A stretch of DNA of 64,000 nucleotides from Candidatus Zapsychrus exili (GTDB lineage: Bacteria > Omnitrophota > Gorgyraeia > Zapsychrales > Zapsychraceae). Each line of letters starts with the position of its first letter. Position 1 is the first letter of the stretch. The notes below the pieces were generated by a model, which worked only from the letters and a program-made list of their open reading frames with translations, did no database searches and was not told where the DNA came from. Location: the NCBI GenBank assembly GCA_030765585.1, contig JAVCCJ010000075.1, positions 37,482-101,481 on the forward strand. Reading direction: 5' to 3'. The translations under genes were made by a program, and so were the position numbers. This document shows positions 1 to 9,717 of the stretch, in pieces.

Positions 1-11
1 TTGCCTTTCTT

Positions 12-572
12 ATGTGGGTATATTTTTTCCGTGGATTTTTATTTAATAAGCTTTTTCTTTCCGGAGACGCTATGGCGTACTTCGAGCATACGAGATTTTA
101 TATAGACAATATAAGTCGTGGAATTTATCCAATGTGGGAGTCAACAAGGCAGCTTGGTGTTCCAGCTGAGTTTTTTATGAGAAGGATAGGCTCTTATAAT
201 CCGGCGTATTTCTTTATTATTGTTTTAAATAAACTAGGTATGCCATATGTTAATTCTTATCTTTTGTTTTTAGCGGGTTATTATTTTCTTGGTGTTTTAG
301 GGTTTTATTTATTGGCTAAACAAATGTTTAAAGATTCAAATATTGCTTTTTTGGCATATATTTTATTGTTGTTCTCTTCTTTAGGAACAAAGGCTTTTGA
401 GTCTTACATACTTTTGGTATCTGTTCCTACTATATGGTTTTTCTTCTTTCTATTTGCTTTTACCCAGAAACAGAATAAATTTCATTTTCTTGGTATTATT
501 TTTTCTTTGATGATAATTTTGATCACCTATATTCCATTTTATTTTATAACGGTTTTTTGCCCTTTTTTCTAA
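12..572 (+). CDS. YfhO-family-like polytopic membrane protein, N-terminal fragment; gene enters from upstream of the window and is frameshifted relative to the next ORF
   Basis: Highly hydrophobic multi-TM translation. It ends inside a T-rich run (ggttttttgcccttttttc), where the downstream ORF continues in another frame. Confidence 0.4.
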   Translation: MWVYFFRGFLFNKLFLSGDAMAYFEHTRFYIDNISRGIYPMWESTRQLGVPAEFFMRRIGSYNPAYFFIIVLNKLGMPYVNSYLLFLAGYYFLGVLGFYLLAKQMFKDSNIAFLAYILLLFSSLGTKAFESYILLVSVPTIWFFFFLFAFTQKQNKFHFLGIIFSLMIILITYIPFYFITVFCPFF

Positions 573-2161
573 TTTCAGCTAGTATTTATTTTAAAGAATT
601 AAAAGCTTTGTTTTTCGCAACATTGAAATTTTGCAATGTTAATAAAGTTTTTGCATCGATGTGTATATTTATTTTGCTATTGTCTGCCTTCCCCGGAACA
701 TTTTTCTCTTTAGAATTTAAAAAAGGTGAAATAGTTCTGCCTATGAGGCATGCCGAACTCTATGACGCTAAAACGCAAGCTTCTAAAGTAGAAGATTATA
801 TGGTAGTTGGCATTAATAATATAAACACTGGAGGGAAGCAGGCGACAACCTTATACGATGATTTTATGATGGATGCTAAAGATTTTGAGGTAGGTAGATT
901 CTATGTACCTGTTTTTTTGATTTTGTTAATTTTGCTTGGGTCGATAACCCTCATTAATAGAAGATTAGTTCTATTGGCAGCACTTGTCTATTTATTTCAT
1001 CTAATATGTTTAACAGACGCAACTCCTGTTGCGAAATTTTTATATGATCATATATTCTTTTTCAAATATTTCAGAAATTATAGTCATTTTTATTGGATAG
1101 TAATGGTTCAGGCGTTAATTTTGATTTCTGCAGAGTTTTTTAATTCGTTGTTAAAATATTCACCTAAAAATGATATTCAGCGAAAGATTGTTTTTGCTTT
1201 TATTGTGTTAGTCCATTTGGGAGTTGCTGTTTTTATTTTATTTCATGATATTTCCGTCATTACAGCCTATGCAGCTATAGTTGTTAGTTTTGTTTTCTTT
1301 ATTTTGTATTTCTTAAAGAAAATTGAGAAAAATAGCGTGATTTTCTTATTTTTATTGTTGTTTATTGTAGCTGTCCAATCTTTTGAAATGTATTATCATT
1401 TGAACAAGAACTCTCGCGTAGTTCCAGCAGCAAATGTAGAGCCTTATAGATATGGTGGTAAAAATCCGTTTCTTGTTTTTAATCTTCCTGAAACCAAAGC
1501 TTTTACAAAACCTAGTGAAGAATATTTTGATACTTATTTTCAAACTAGAGTATATAAGAAAAATGTTTGGATGGCGACCAAATGGAATATTCTGTTAAAT
1601 GATAATTTAGAAGTTAAAATCATGGCTAAGTATTCTGTTGGGGGTAAGCTTTTAGTCTATGATAGAATTAAAATTGTTCACGATGGTCAGCTAGATTTTA
1701 AAGAAATAAGGGATGTGTTTGATAAAAGCAGAAATATAGCTTTTGTTATTGATACAGGAGATCAAGTGATTAGGTTGAAAAATAGTGTGATAAATCCATC
1801 AGATAGGCCAGAGTCTATTTTAAAAAATTCTAAGCTTGTGGAAGTTTTAGATTTTGATGTTAATTATATAAAACTTAAGATAAATTTTAATGTGGACAAA
1901 TTTCTTGTTTATAATGATTGCTATTCTAGCAAGTGGAGAGCTTTTATTGATGGAGAAAAAACGAATTTATTACGAGCTAATATTGCTTTTAAAGGGCTGT
2001 GGGTACCCGCAGGAGAACACGTGGTGTTTTTGCGTTATGGTAGAAGGTGGAGATATATTTTAGATTATTCTTTTATTGTTTTGTTTAGTATTGTTTTTAT
2101 GTATTTGTTATTCTTGGCGCTCTATTCTAATAGAAAAGAAAGTTCTAATTTTGTATTATAA
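557..2161 (+). CDS. YfhO-family-like membrane protein, main portion (multi-TM region plus C-terminal extracytoplasmic domain)
   Basis: More than 10 predicted TM helices are followed by a soluble C-terminal domain ending in ...YNDCYSSKWRAFIDGEKTNLLRANIAFKGLWVPAGEHVVFLRY. This is the characteristic C-terminus of YfhO-type bacterial membrane proteins. The TTG start overlaps the previous ORF by 16 nt. Confidence 0.5.
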   Translation: MPFFLISASIYFKELKALFFATLKFCNVNKVFASMCIFILLLSAFPGTFFSLEFKKGEIVLPMRHAELYDAKTQASKVEDYMVVGINNINTGGKQATTLYDDFMMDAKDFEVGRFYVPVFLILLILLGSITLINRRLVLLAALVYLFHLICLTDATPVAKFLYDHIFFFKYFRNYSHFYWIVMVQALILISAEFFNSLLKYSPKNDIQRKIVFAFIVLVHLGVAVFILFHDISVITAYAAIVVSFVFFILYFLKKIEKNSVIFLFLLLFIVAVQSFEMYYHLNKNSRVVPAANVEPYRYGGKNPFLVFNLPETKAFTKPSEEYFDTYFQTRVYKKNVWMATKWNILLNDNLEVKIMAKYSVGGKLLVYDRIKIVHDGQLDFKEIRDVFDKSRNIAFVIDTGDQVIRLKNSVINPSDRPESILKNSKLVEVLDFDVNYIKLKINFNVDKFLVYNDCYSSKWRAFIDGEKTNLLRANIAFKGLWVPAGEHVVFLRYGRRWRYILDYSFIVLFSIVFMYLLFLALYSNRKESSNFVL

Positions 2162-2164
2162 ATT

Positions 2165-3100
2165 ATGAATATAGATATATTAAAAAATTTGTTGAGAAAA
2201 ATAATTGAAATCATAAAGTGGTTGTCTAGACGTGTAATTGCTGTATATTTTGTTATTTTTTTATTGTCTTTGCTTGTTGTCAACAATGTCAAAGTAGAGC
2301 GCAAAAGACTTAATCATTTGATGCCTTTATATTATGAAACCCTTGTTGACGAAAATTTTAATGAGAAAAATTTTAATGATATAAAATTGAGGGAGTATAT
2401 AAATTATTATAAAAAAGTTGCTAAAAGTACTCAATCAAAACCAGAAGCTTATAGCATTGTTGGGTATTGCTACTATTATTCGGGAGACGTAAAGAAAGCC
2501 ATTTCTTTTTATAAGAAAGCGATTGATGCTAATCCTTACTTTTTTTGGTTTCATTATAATTTAGGAGTTATTTATTATAAAGAAGGAGATTTTGATAAAG
2601 CTATAAAGTCTCTTAAGGCTGCAGGCTCTACGGCGGCAGAGAATAATCTGATGTTCTTGTCGTCTTCAAAAGTATTCTTTTCATTTATAAAAGACCCTAT
2701 TATATTCGTTGATGGAATAAAAAAGAGATTGAAACAAGGATACTTTGATTGTTTTGCATTGTTGTCGCTAAGCTATCAGAAGACAGAAAATTTTCAAGAT
2801 ATGTTCCATTGCGCTAATTATGCCATTAAGGAAAATATGGGAGATGAAAATATTTTTTACTATTATGGCGGGATTGCCGCATTTAAGCTTAAAAAATATG
2901 AAAAGGCAGTTTATTTCTTCTTAGAGAGTATAAAAAGGAAAAAAACTCATGCAGATTCTTTTAAATATTTAGGATTAGCACTTGAAGCTATGGGTAGAGA
3001 AGAAGAAGCTGATAAATTCTTTGAGAAGTCAGAACGTCTTTCTAGTGTAAATAATACAGTTCTTTTTGATTCAGAAAAGATTAAACTTCAAATTTTTTAA
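2165..3100 (+). CDS. TPR-repeat protein with N-terminal membrane anchor
   Basis: N-terminal TM segment. Several tetratricopeptide-like repeats (AYSIVGYCYYYSGDVKKAISFYKKAIDANP; HYNLGVIYYKEGDFDKAIKSLK; YLGLALEAMGREEEADKFFEKS). Confidence 0.6.
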   Translation: MNIDILKNLLRKIIEIIKWLSRRVIAVYFVIFLLSLLVVNNVKVERKRLNHLMPLYYETLVDENFNEKNFNDIKLREYINYYKKVAKSTQSKPEAYSIVGYCYYYSGDVKKAISFYKKAIDANPYFFWFHYNLGVIYYKEGDFDKAIKSLKAAGSTAAENNLMFLSSSKVFFSFIKDPIIFVDGIKKRLKQGYFDCFALLSLSYQKTENFQDMFHCANYAIKENMGDENIFYYYGGIAAFKLKKYEKAVYFFLESIKRKKTHADSFKYLGLALEAMGREEEADKFFEKSERLSSVNNTVLFDSEKIKLQIF

Positions 3101-3116
3101 TTCATTTAAATAACTA

Positions 3117-3749
3117 ATGTTAAAAACCTCATTTAAAAATGCAGTTTTTCTTATTTTTCTTGGTATTTTTATATCTTTTGTTTTGCTGGAAATAAGTTTA
3201 CGATCTGGTGGTTTTATTTTTACAGTACATCAGGATAAGAAAAATCAAGAAGCTTTAGGTGAGGATAAGATTATAGTCTTATGTATAGGAGAATCAACAA
3301 CTGCTTTAGGAGGGGAAGACTCGTATCCATCGCAACTGCAGGAAGTCTTAAATAAAAAGATTAAAGGCAAAGAGTTTAGAGTGATTAATAAAGGTATAGT
3401 TTCTAGCACTTCTAAGAATATTGCAAATAATATAAAGGGTTGGTTGGTAAAATATAAGCCCAACATTGTTATAAGCATGGTAGGAGTTAATGATAGATAT
3501 AAATCTTTAACTATTGAAAAGCCAAGTTTTACATTTGCATATTTGTTTAGAAATTTAAGAGTTTATAAGTTGTTTAAAATGTCGGCTCTTAAACTGGATG
3601 AGAAAAAAAGAGGTGTTAGTATAAAAAATGTTCGATGGATCCCTAAAGAAGAAAAGAAAGATGCTATTAAAAGTATTTTGAGGGCAATAAATAGTAGTCA
3701 AGAACTTTGGCAGGATTTAAAGAATATTGTAGACTCAAAAGATAAGTGA
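3117..3749 (+). CDS. SGNH/GDSL-type hydrolase-like protein, N-terminal part (blocks I-III) with N-terminal TM segment
   Basis: Block I-like IIVLCIGESTTALGG (Ser in GES), block II-like INKGIVSS and block III-like ISMVGVNDR. It ends at a single in-frame TGA and the next ORF continues in the same frame. Confidence 0.45.
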   Translation: MLKTSFKNAVFLIFLGIFISFVLLEISLRSGGFIFTVHQDKKNQEALGEDKIIVLCIGESTTALGGEDSYPSQLQEVLNKKIKGKEFRVINKGIVSSTSKNIANNIKGWLVKYKPNIVISMVGVNDRYKSLTIEKPSFTFAYLFRNLRVYKLFKMSALKLDEKKRGVSIKNVRWIPKEEKKDAIKSILRAINSSQELWQDLKNIVDSKDK

Positions 3750-3773
3750 GTAAAAGAAGCAGCTATAAAGCAG

Positions 3774-4646
3774 TTGTTGAAATTGAGAATTCAGCAATCT
3801 AATCTTTTGACAGCTGCTGGTAAGTATTATAGAGAACGTAAGAAATATAAAGAGGCTGAGAAATATTTGAGCCTAGCAATTGTGGAGTATTCTAATAATT
3901 TAATCCCGCGAATAGAGCTTGGAGTTTGTTTTAGGGAGCAAAAGAGATATGATAGAGCAGTGCCAATGTTGGCTCAAGTTATTGATATGGCAGGCGGACA
4001 GGCAACGCCAGCAACGATAGAGCTTGCTAGGTGCTTTGATGACCTAGGTCTTAAAGACAAAGCTTATAAATTATATAAGAATGTGGCAAATACAGAATAT
4101 AATAATCTTTGGTCGTATCATGAAGCTGGTATGTGGCTAAAAGAAAATGGATATTTAAAAGACGCCGAAGATGTTTTTTTAAAGTCGATTGCGATGGGAT
4201 CTAGAGACTCTTCTGAGCATTTAGAATTAGCTAAAATGAAAGAAGGCAAGGGCGAGAATAAAGAAGCTGAAGTTTTAAGAAAGAAATATTTAGAACCGTA
4301 CAAAACGTCTGATGGATATTCTAAAGCCACTATTGTTTTTTATAATAAAATAGTAAAACAGGTTTTATCCTCTGGAACAAAAATGGTGTGTGTTCAATAC
4401 CCTTTAAGAGGCGTCGAATCTTTAAAAAATATTATCGAAAACAAAAAATATAAAGAACAAATAGTTTTTGTAGAAAATAAAATTAATTTTGAAGAAGCCC
4501 TAAGCAACAATGCATTTACAGACTATTTTCAAGATAATTTTGCTGGAGATTTTGGGCATTGTACAAGAAAAGGAAACAGCCTTATTGTAGAAAACATTTC
4601 TCGGGCTGTTAAAGAAATAATAAATGAATCTAATAATTCTTTATAA
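3774..4646 (+). CDS. TPR-repeat region followed by SGNH-hydrolase block V-like C-terminus; same frame as 3117..3749, separated only by one TGA
   Basis: TPR-like repeats (YYRERKKYKEAEKYLSLAI, GVCFREQKRYDRAVPML and others). C-terminal ...DYFQDNFAGDFGHCTRKGNSLI carries a DxxH-type motif. Frame 0 is shared with the upstream ORF. Confidence 0.4.
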   Translation: MLKLRIQQSNLLTAAGKYYRERKKYKEAEKYLSLAIVEYSNNLIPRIELGVCFREQKRYDRAVPMLAQVIDMAGGQATPATIELARCFDDLGLKDKAYKLYKNVANTEYNNLWSYHEAGMWLKENGYLKDAEDVFLKSIAMGSRDSSEHLELAKMKEGKGENKEAEVLRKKYLEPYKTSDGYSKATIVFYNKIVKQVLSSGTKMVCVQYPLRGVESLKNIIENKKYKEQIVFVENKINFEEALSNNAFTDYFQDNFAGDFGHCTRKGNSLIVENISRAVKEIINESNNSL

Positions 4647-5334
4647 AAATGATTTTATAGATGGTACTCATATAGCTCGTTTAAAAGATAGACGTTTTAA
4701 ACATATTCGTGAGATACATAAGCCTAAGGTGCAAGAAAGTTTAAACGTAGGGTTAATAGACGGAAAAATGGGGCAAGGCAAGGTAGTTAAGATAGCAGAA
4801 GACCATGTAGACTTGGATGTTTCTTTAAGAGCTAATCCGCCGAAGTCCATTGATGCAATAGTGGCAATTGCGCTTCCAAGGCCAATAATGTTAAAAAGAA
4901 TCCTTTCCTATGTAACTTCAATAGGTATTAAGAAAATTATTTTATTTAATTCACAGAGAGTAGAAAAAAGTTTCTGGCAAAGCTCTGTATTGAAGCAAGA
5001 AAATCTGACAAAATATCTTATAGAAGGCCTTGAACAGGCTAAAGATACAATTTTGCCAGAGGTTTTGTTGAGGCCATTTTTTAAATCTTTTGTTAAAAAT
5101 GATGTTACGCAATTATTAAAGAAAACAAATGTTTTTGTTGCTCATCCTGAAGCATCTAAGAGATGTCCCTCCAAGATAAAAAATCCAGCGACTATTCTGA
5201 TAGGACCTGAGGGTGGGTTTATTCCATCTGAAATAAAGTCTTTGATTGATTGTGGTGTTGAGTCTGTTAATTTGGGGAAAAGAATTTTAAAAGTAGAAAC
5301 TGCTACATATGTTGTGCTCTCGAAGTTGCTTTAA
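4624..5334 (+). CDS. rsmE: 16S rRNA (uracil1498-N3)-methyltransferase RsmE
   Basis: PUA-like N-terminus and SPOUT C-terminal motifs (IILFNSQRVEKSF ... ILIGPEGGFIPSEI ... VNLGKRILKVETA). Length about 236 aa, typical of RsmE. Confidence 0.75.
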   Translation: MNLIILYKNDFIDGTHIARLKDRRFKHIREIHKPKVQESLNVGLIDGKMGQGKVVKIAEDHVDLDVSLRANPPKSIDAIVAIALPRPIMLKRILSYVTSIGIKKIILFNSQRVEKSFWQSSVLKQENLTKYLIEGLEQAKDTILPEVLLRPFFKSFVKNDVTQLLKKTNVFVAHPEASKRCPSKIKNPATILIGPEGGFIPSEIKSLIDCGVESVNLGKRILKVETATYVVLSKLL

Positions 5335-5341
5335 TTGCTTG

Positions 5342-6136
5342 TTATATAAGCGCTGATAATAGTGTAACTCCTCCGAAGAGAAACATAAAATAAGCAAAAT
5401 TTATTTCTTTAGCTAATTTTAGCAAGAAGTGTATAGTAGCTAATCCGAAAATAAATGATGCTAATAATCCAATAATTGATTCTATGGATAGTTGAAATTT
5501 GTTTGTATTTAAGATGATGTTTCCTAACAGAACTATTGGAAGGCTCATCAGAAAACTTAATTTTAAAGCATATTTCTTATCAAATTTTCTTAAAAGTAAA
5601 GTAGATACGGTTAGGCCAGATCTGGACAATCCTGGAAGCGCAGCAAAGCCTTGAGCAATTCCTAGGATAATTCCATCGGTAATTTTTAGATCTCCTATGT
5701 TTTTGTGCCCTGAATGTTTTGCTTTAAATTCTAAATATCCAGTTATAAGAAGAAGACAGCCAATTATTATGGTTATTAATTTTCCGGTTAGATTAAAATG
5801 AAATTCTAAAGATGTTAAGATTTTTATAAGAGCAAGGCCTAGAACGCCACTTATTAATGTTGATATAAAAAGGAATTTTAGAAGGTTTTGATTGTCTTTT
5901 GTTTGAGTTTTGTATTGGATAGCAGTTTTAACTAGCTCAACAACATCTTTATTAAAGTATATAAGAGCGGCGAGAAATGTGCCAAGATGCAGGAAAAGAG
6001 CTTGTTTTATAATTAAATCGATGCTAAATTCAGAAGAAAGAAAGGTTTTTTTGACCAATATCAGTAAACCCTCGGAGCTTACTGGCAACCATTCAGCAAT
6101 TCCTTGTATTGTTCCTAATACGATTTGTTCTAACAT
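5342..6136 (-). CDS. uppP: undecaprenyl-diphosphatase (UppP/BacA)
   Basis: Eight-TM protein with the conserved GLSRSG motif (ALPGLSRSGLTVSTLLL) and N-terminal EWLPVSSEG, both typical of BacA/UppP. Confidence 0.85.
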   Translation of the reverse strand: MLEQIVLGTIQGIAEWLPVSSEGLLILVKKTFLSSEFSIDLIIKQALFLHLGTFLAALIYFNKDVVELVKTAIQYKTQTKDNQNLLKFLFISTLISGVLGLALIKILTSLEFHFNLTGKLITIIIGCLLLITGYLEFKAKHSGHKNIGDLKITDGIILGIAQGFAALPGLSRSGLTVSTLLLRKFDKKYALKLSFLMSLPIVLLGNIILNTNKFQLSIESIIGLLASFIFGLATIHFLLKLAKEINFAYFMFLFGGVTLLSALI

Positions 6137-6248
6137 AATATTTAAATATTTAATTACTATTAATAATTTTTTATTATTATAACAGGATTTGGCTTGTTTA
6201 GTATTTTGATTTAAGATAAAATAAGCAATCTTAGAAAGAAATAAATTT

Positions 6249-6725
6249 ATGTTAAAGCCTAATAAAAAATATATGACTATGGCTATCGAAAAAGCTAAAC
6301 AGGGGGTGATTACTGGTCAGACACCTTTTGGAGCCTGTATTGTAAAAAATGGCAAGGTGCTTGCCTGTGAACATAATGTGGTTTTTAAAAGTACGGATAT
6401 AACTGCACATGCTGAAATTAATGCAATAAGGGTGGCATGTAAGAAGACAGGGTCTGTCGATTTAAAAGGCAGTGTAATATACTCTACATGCGAGCCATGT
6501 CCGATGTGCTTTAGTGCTTGTCATTGGGCAAACATCTCAATGATAGTTTATGGTGCAAAAATTAAGAATGCAAAGTTTGCAGGTTTTAATGAATTGGATA
6601 TTTCCAATAAAAGGCTAAGAACTTTGGGCGGGTCATCTATTGAGATAGTAGATGGTTTTATGAAAGAAGACAACGAAGAGCTATTTAGGTTTTGGATGAA
6701 CAAAAAGGATAAGAGGAGCTATTAA
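6249..6725 (+). CDS. CDA-fold nucleotide/tRNA adenosine deaminase (TadA-like)
   Basis: Zinc-binding motifs HAEINAI and CEPCPMC. About 158 aa. Confidence 0.7.
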   Translation: MLKPNKKYMTMAIEKAKQGVITGQTPFGACIVKNGKVLACEHNVVFKSTDITAHAEINAIRVACKKTGSVDLKGSVIYSTCEPCPMCFSACHWANISMIVYGAKIKNAKFAGFNELDISNKRLRTLGGSSIEIVDGFMKEDNEELFRFWMNKKDKRSY

Positions 6726-6726
6726 T

Positions 6727-7353
6727 ATGGCAAAAAAGTCGAAAGGTATTATTGTTTTGGGTGTGCTCCTGATTTTATTAGGAACATTTTGGTTGTCGTT
6801 AATTTATCAAAGAGGAAAAAGTTTTATTCCAAAAGAAAAACAACCATATTTTAAGGAGTATGGAGTAAAAGCAATTGATTATGTAGCATTAGGAAATGAA
6901 ATGAAAGAGATTCTTGCCGAGTCTAAAAGATCTTCGGCAGTAAACGTTCCAACTTTAGATAGGAAAGCCATTATTGTATTTTGGATCATTGTTTGTTTTG
7001 AGCTTATATGTGCTTTTTTATATCTGGGGTCAGGGATCTCTCTTCTGAGATTTCATTCGCTTGCAAGAGGATTTACAATCTTTACTTTGCTATTTGACTC
7101 TTTTTTAAAATGTGCGGCAGTTGTTTATCAAAGCTATATTTTAGAATTATTAGGTCAGTCTGTTTCTAAAAACATAGTTTTTAATTATTTTGCACCCACC
7201 AATGGTTTTATGTCAAAGGTATCTGCCTATTTAACAGGTGTAGGATTTGTTCAGAAAGATTCTTTGATTTATATATTGAGTTATTTGTTCTGCTTATTCT
7301 TATGTTTTTATTTTCTTACTAGGAAAAGTGTTATTAAACAATTTAATCAGTAA
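6727..7353 (+). CDS. hypothetical integral membrane protein
   Basis: Several hydrophobic helices. No recognisable catalytic motif. Confidence 0.35.
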   Translation: MAKKSKGIIVLGVLLILLGTFWLSLIYQRGKSFIPKEKQPYFKEYGVKAIDYVALGNEMKEILAESKRSSAVNVPTLDRKAIIVFWIIVCFELICAFLYLGSGISLLRFHSLARGFTIFTLLFDSFLKCAAVVYQSYILELLGQSVSKNIVFNYFAPTNGFMSKVSAYLTGVGFVQKDSLIYILSYLFCLFLCFYFLTRKSVIKQFNQ

Positions 7354-7359
7354 AGTTTT

Positions 7360-7806
7360 GTGCGAGGAGATATTATGAGAAAAGTTTTTATTATTTTTGT
7401 ATGTGTTTTTTGTGCAGGATGCATGGCGATAAACGCAGAGCCTGAAGGCTTTAAAAGTGTTGTGTTAAAGAGCACAGAGTTTACTCATATTGCCCAGATT
7501 AAAAATGGTATGAGTAAGGAAACAGTTTTTGATATTATGGGCAGCAAAGTTGTTATTGGTTATAAAGAAAGTGAAACATTCGAGAATACATTTGAACCGA
7601 TTGTCGTAACTAATCCCCACCGTAGTGAGGTTTTAAAAGGGAAAAATAAAGTTTACGATGTAGTATATTATTTTACTTCTGTGAAGAATTCTGATGGTAA
7701 AGTTTCTGACGATGAATTGACTCCACTTGTTTTTCAAGGCGATAGGTTTGTTGGAAAAGGATGGAAGTATTTATCTAAACTAAAAAGAAAAATTTCTAAA
7801 AAATAA
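7360..7806 (+). CDS. hypothetical lipoprotein
   Basis: Signal peptide with a lipobox-like FCAGCMA. Small soluble domain. Confidence 0.35.
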   Translation: MRGDIMRKVFIIFVCVFCAGCMAINAEPEGFKSVVLKSTEFTHIAQIKNGMSKETVFDIMGSKVVIGYKESETFENTFEPIVVTNPHRSEVLKGKNKVYDVVYYFTSVKNSDGKVSDDELTPLVFQGDRFVGKGWKYLSKLKRKISKK

Positions 7807-7824
7807 CAATAAAGCTTAATTGAA

Positions 7825-8760
7825 TTGAAAGATTGTTTACTAACGCCACTTATTTCTTTATCTAAAGAAAAATATCCTATAGAATGGAGCGAAGAGTTCT
7901 TGTTAGGCTCTTTGCTGGATGTTGAGATAGGCTTTGGGACTGGTGAATTCCTTATCGCAGAAGCCATTAATAACCCAGGCAGAAATTATGTAGGTATTGA
8001 GCAAAATTGGGAAAGAATTGTTAAGACTCTTAAAGTAATTACACGTCTGCATAAAGAAGGTAAGCCACTAAACAATATTAGAATTCTTCGCATAGATGCA
8101 ACTGTTGCTTTTGAAAGACTATTTGCGCAAAAAAGCATTAATTCTATTTATTGTCTTTACCCATGTCCTTGGCCAAAGAAGGGACACATAAAAAACAGAT
8201 TATTCTCATGTAGTTTTTTAAAACTTTTAAATAGTCGTTTAAAGGTAGGCGGAGATTTAAGAATTGTTACAGATTTTTATCTTTATTTTGAGTGGGTTAT
8301 AGAGCAGTCAGAGGATGCAGGCTTTAGCGTATTAACAAATAGAGTTAAGCCAAAATATAATACAAAGTTTGAGCTTAAGTGGTGTGAAGGGGGACAAGAA
8401 GAATTTTTTGAGATAAAAATGCACAAAAAAAGCCACGTTAATGTTATTGAAAGGCAAGGTGTAGAGTTGAAAACATATAAAGTAAAAGATTTTGCATATG
8501 ACAATTTTAGTTTTGAGAATAAAAAAGGCGAGATATCTGTTATTTTAAAAGATAAGCTTTTTGATAAAGATAATAAAAGGGCAATGATTTATGTAATTGT
8601 TTCAGAGCAAAATTTGACACAACATCTTTGGGTTTCTATTATTAAAGGTAAGGATTTCTGGTATATTGCTCGTGCAGAAGGACAAAAATTTTTTGCTACG
8701 CCAGCAATTTCAGAAGCAATAAAACTAATCTATGAAGCAGCTAAGTTAAGCAGTGAATAA
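7825..8760 (+). CDS. trmB: tRNA (guanine46-N7)-methyltransferase TrmB with C-terminal extension
   Basis: SAM-binding EIGFGTGEF. TrmB motifs YVGIEQ and LYPCPWPKKGH (equivalent to the PDPWxKKRH block). An extra C-terminal domain of about 100 aa. Confidence 0.75.
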   Translation: MKDCLLTPLISLSKEKYPIEWSEEFLLGSLLDVEIGFGTGEFLIAEAINNPGRNYVGIEQNWERIVKTLKVITRLHKEGKPLNNIRILRIDATVAFERLFAQKSINSIYCLYPCPWPKKGHIKNRLFSCSFLKLLNSRLKVGGDLRIVTDFYLYFEWVIEQSEDAGFSVLTNRVKPKYNTKFELKWCEGGQEEFFEIKMHKKSHVNVIERQGVELKTYKVKDFAYDNFSFENKKGEISVILKDKLFDKDNKRAMIYVIVSEQNLTQHLWVSIIKGKDFWYIARAEGQKFFATPAISEAIKLIYEAAKLSSE

Positions 8761-8766
8761 GCGAGA

Positions 8767-9588
8767 ATGAAAGTAAAAATAATAAGAAAAATAATTTTTT
8801 TAAGTTTTGTTTTTGTAGCAGTAGTTTCTTGTCCTGTATTGGCAATAAAAAGTTACAATGTATCGTGTAAGTCTGCAATTTTTTCAGATAGCACTAAGGT
8901 AAAAAGGTTGTATGGTAAAAATGTTCATAAAAAAGTAATACCTGCAAGTACAACTAAAGTAATGACAGCATTGCTTGTTTTAGAGCATTTGTCTTTAGAC
9001 AAATATGTGACAGTAAGAAAAAGTGCTACGGGAGTTCAACCTACAAAGCTTTATCTTAAAGTTGGAGAAAAGTATAGGGTAAGAGATTTGCTCTATGCGA
9101 TTATTATTAAATCTGCTAATGATGCGAGCATTGTTTTGGCTGAGGCGGTTTCAGGTTCAGAAGCTAGTTTTGTTAAGTTAATGAATAAAAAGGCAAAAGA
9201 GATTGGGGCAAAACATACAAATTTTGCAAATTCTAATGGTTTGCCTTCAAAAAGAGTCAGACAATATACAACAGCTTATGATATGTATTTGATATTTAGA
9301 AAGGCTTTGCGTCATAGTTTTTTTAGAAAGGCTATTAAGTACAAATATAAAAATATTTATTCAAAGGCTGGGAGAAAAATAGCCCTTGAAAGTCATAATA
9401 AAATTTTGTTTAAAGATTGGAAGAGAAAAGTGTATGGCAAAACTGGCTATACAAAGGCAGCGGGGGCTTGTTTTGTGGGAACTATTGAAAAGAAAGACAG
9501 TACGTTGATAATAGGCGTTTTTAATTGTCCAAAACGATGGTATGATATCAAATATATTATTAGACGCTTTGGAGGAATATCGCTTTAG
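8767..9588 (+). CDS. D-alanyl-D-alanine carboxypeptidase (serine peptidase S11, DacA-like)
   Basis: Signal peptide. SxxK (ASTTKVMT), SxN (KSANDAS) and KTG (KTGYT) penicillin-binding motifs. Confidence 0.75.
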   Translation: MKVKIIRKIIFLSFVFVAVVSCPVLAIKSYNVSCKSAIFSDSTKVKRLYGKNVHKKVIPASTTKVMTALLVLEHLSLDKYVTVRKSATGVQPTKLYLKVGEKYRVRDLLYAIIIKSANDASIVLAEAVSGSEASFVKLMNKKAKEIGAKHTNFANSNGLPSKRVRQYTTAYDMYLIFRKALRHSFFRKAIKYKYKNIYSKAGRKIALESHNKILFKDWKRKVYGKTGYTKAAGACFVGTIEKKDSTLIIGVFNCPKRWYDIKYIIRRFGGISL

Positions 9589-9717
9589 TGGTTAAATAAA
9601 TGTTCTAGCTTTTATTTAGGAATCGTGATATTCTTTGGTTTGCGTTTAAAGCAGGATTAGACATTAAATACATATAATAAGTAGTTATTTTAATAAATAC
9701 TTTAAAAGGAGTCTTAA

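Noticed and set aside
3747-3749. TGA recoding (genetic code 4 or 25) to explain the in-frame stop
   Set aside because: TGA ends ordinary genes elsewhere in the window (pyrR at 14289..14291, the NRAMP-like gene at 43927..43929), and long ORFs are intact under the standard code. A genome-wide reassignment would fragment most genes.
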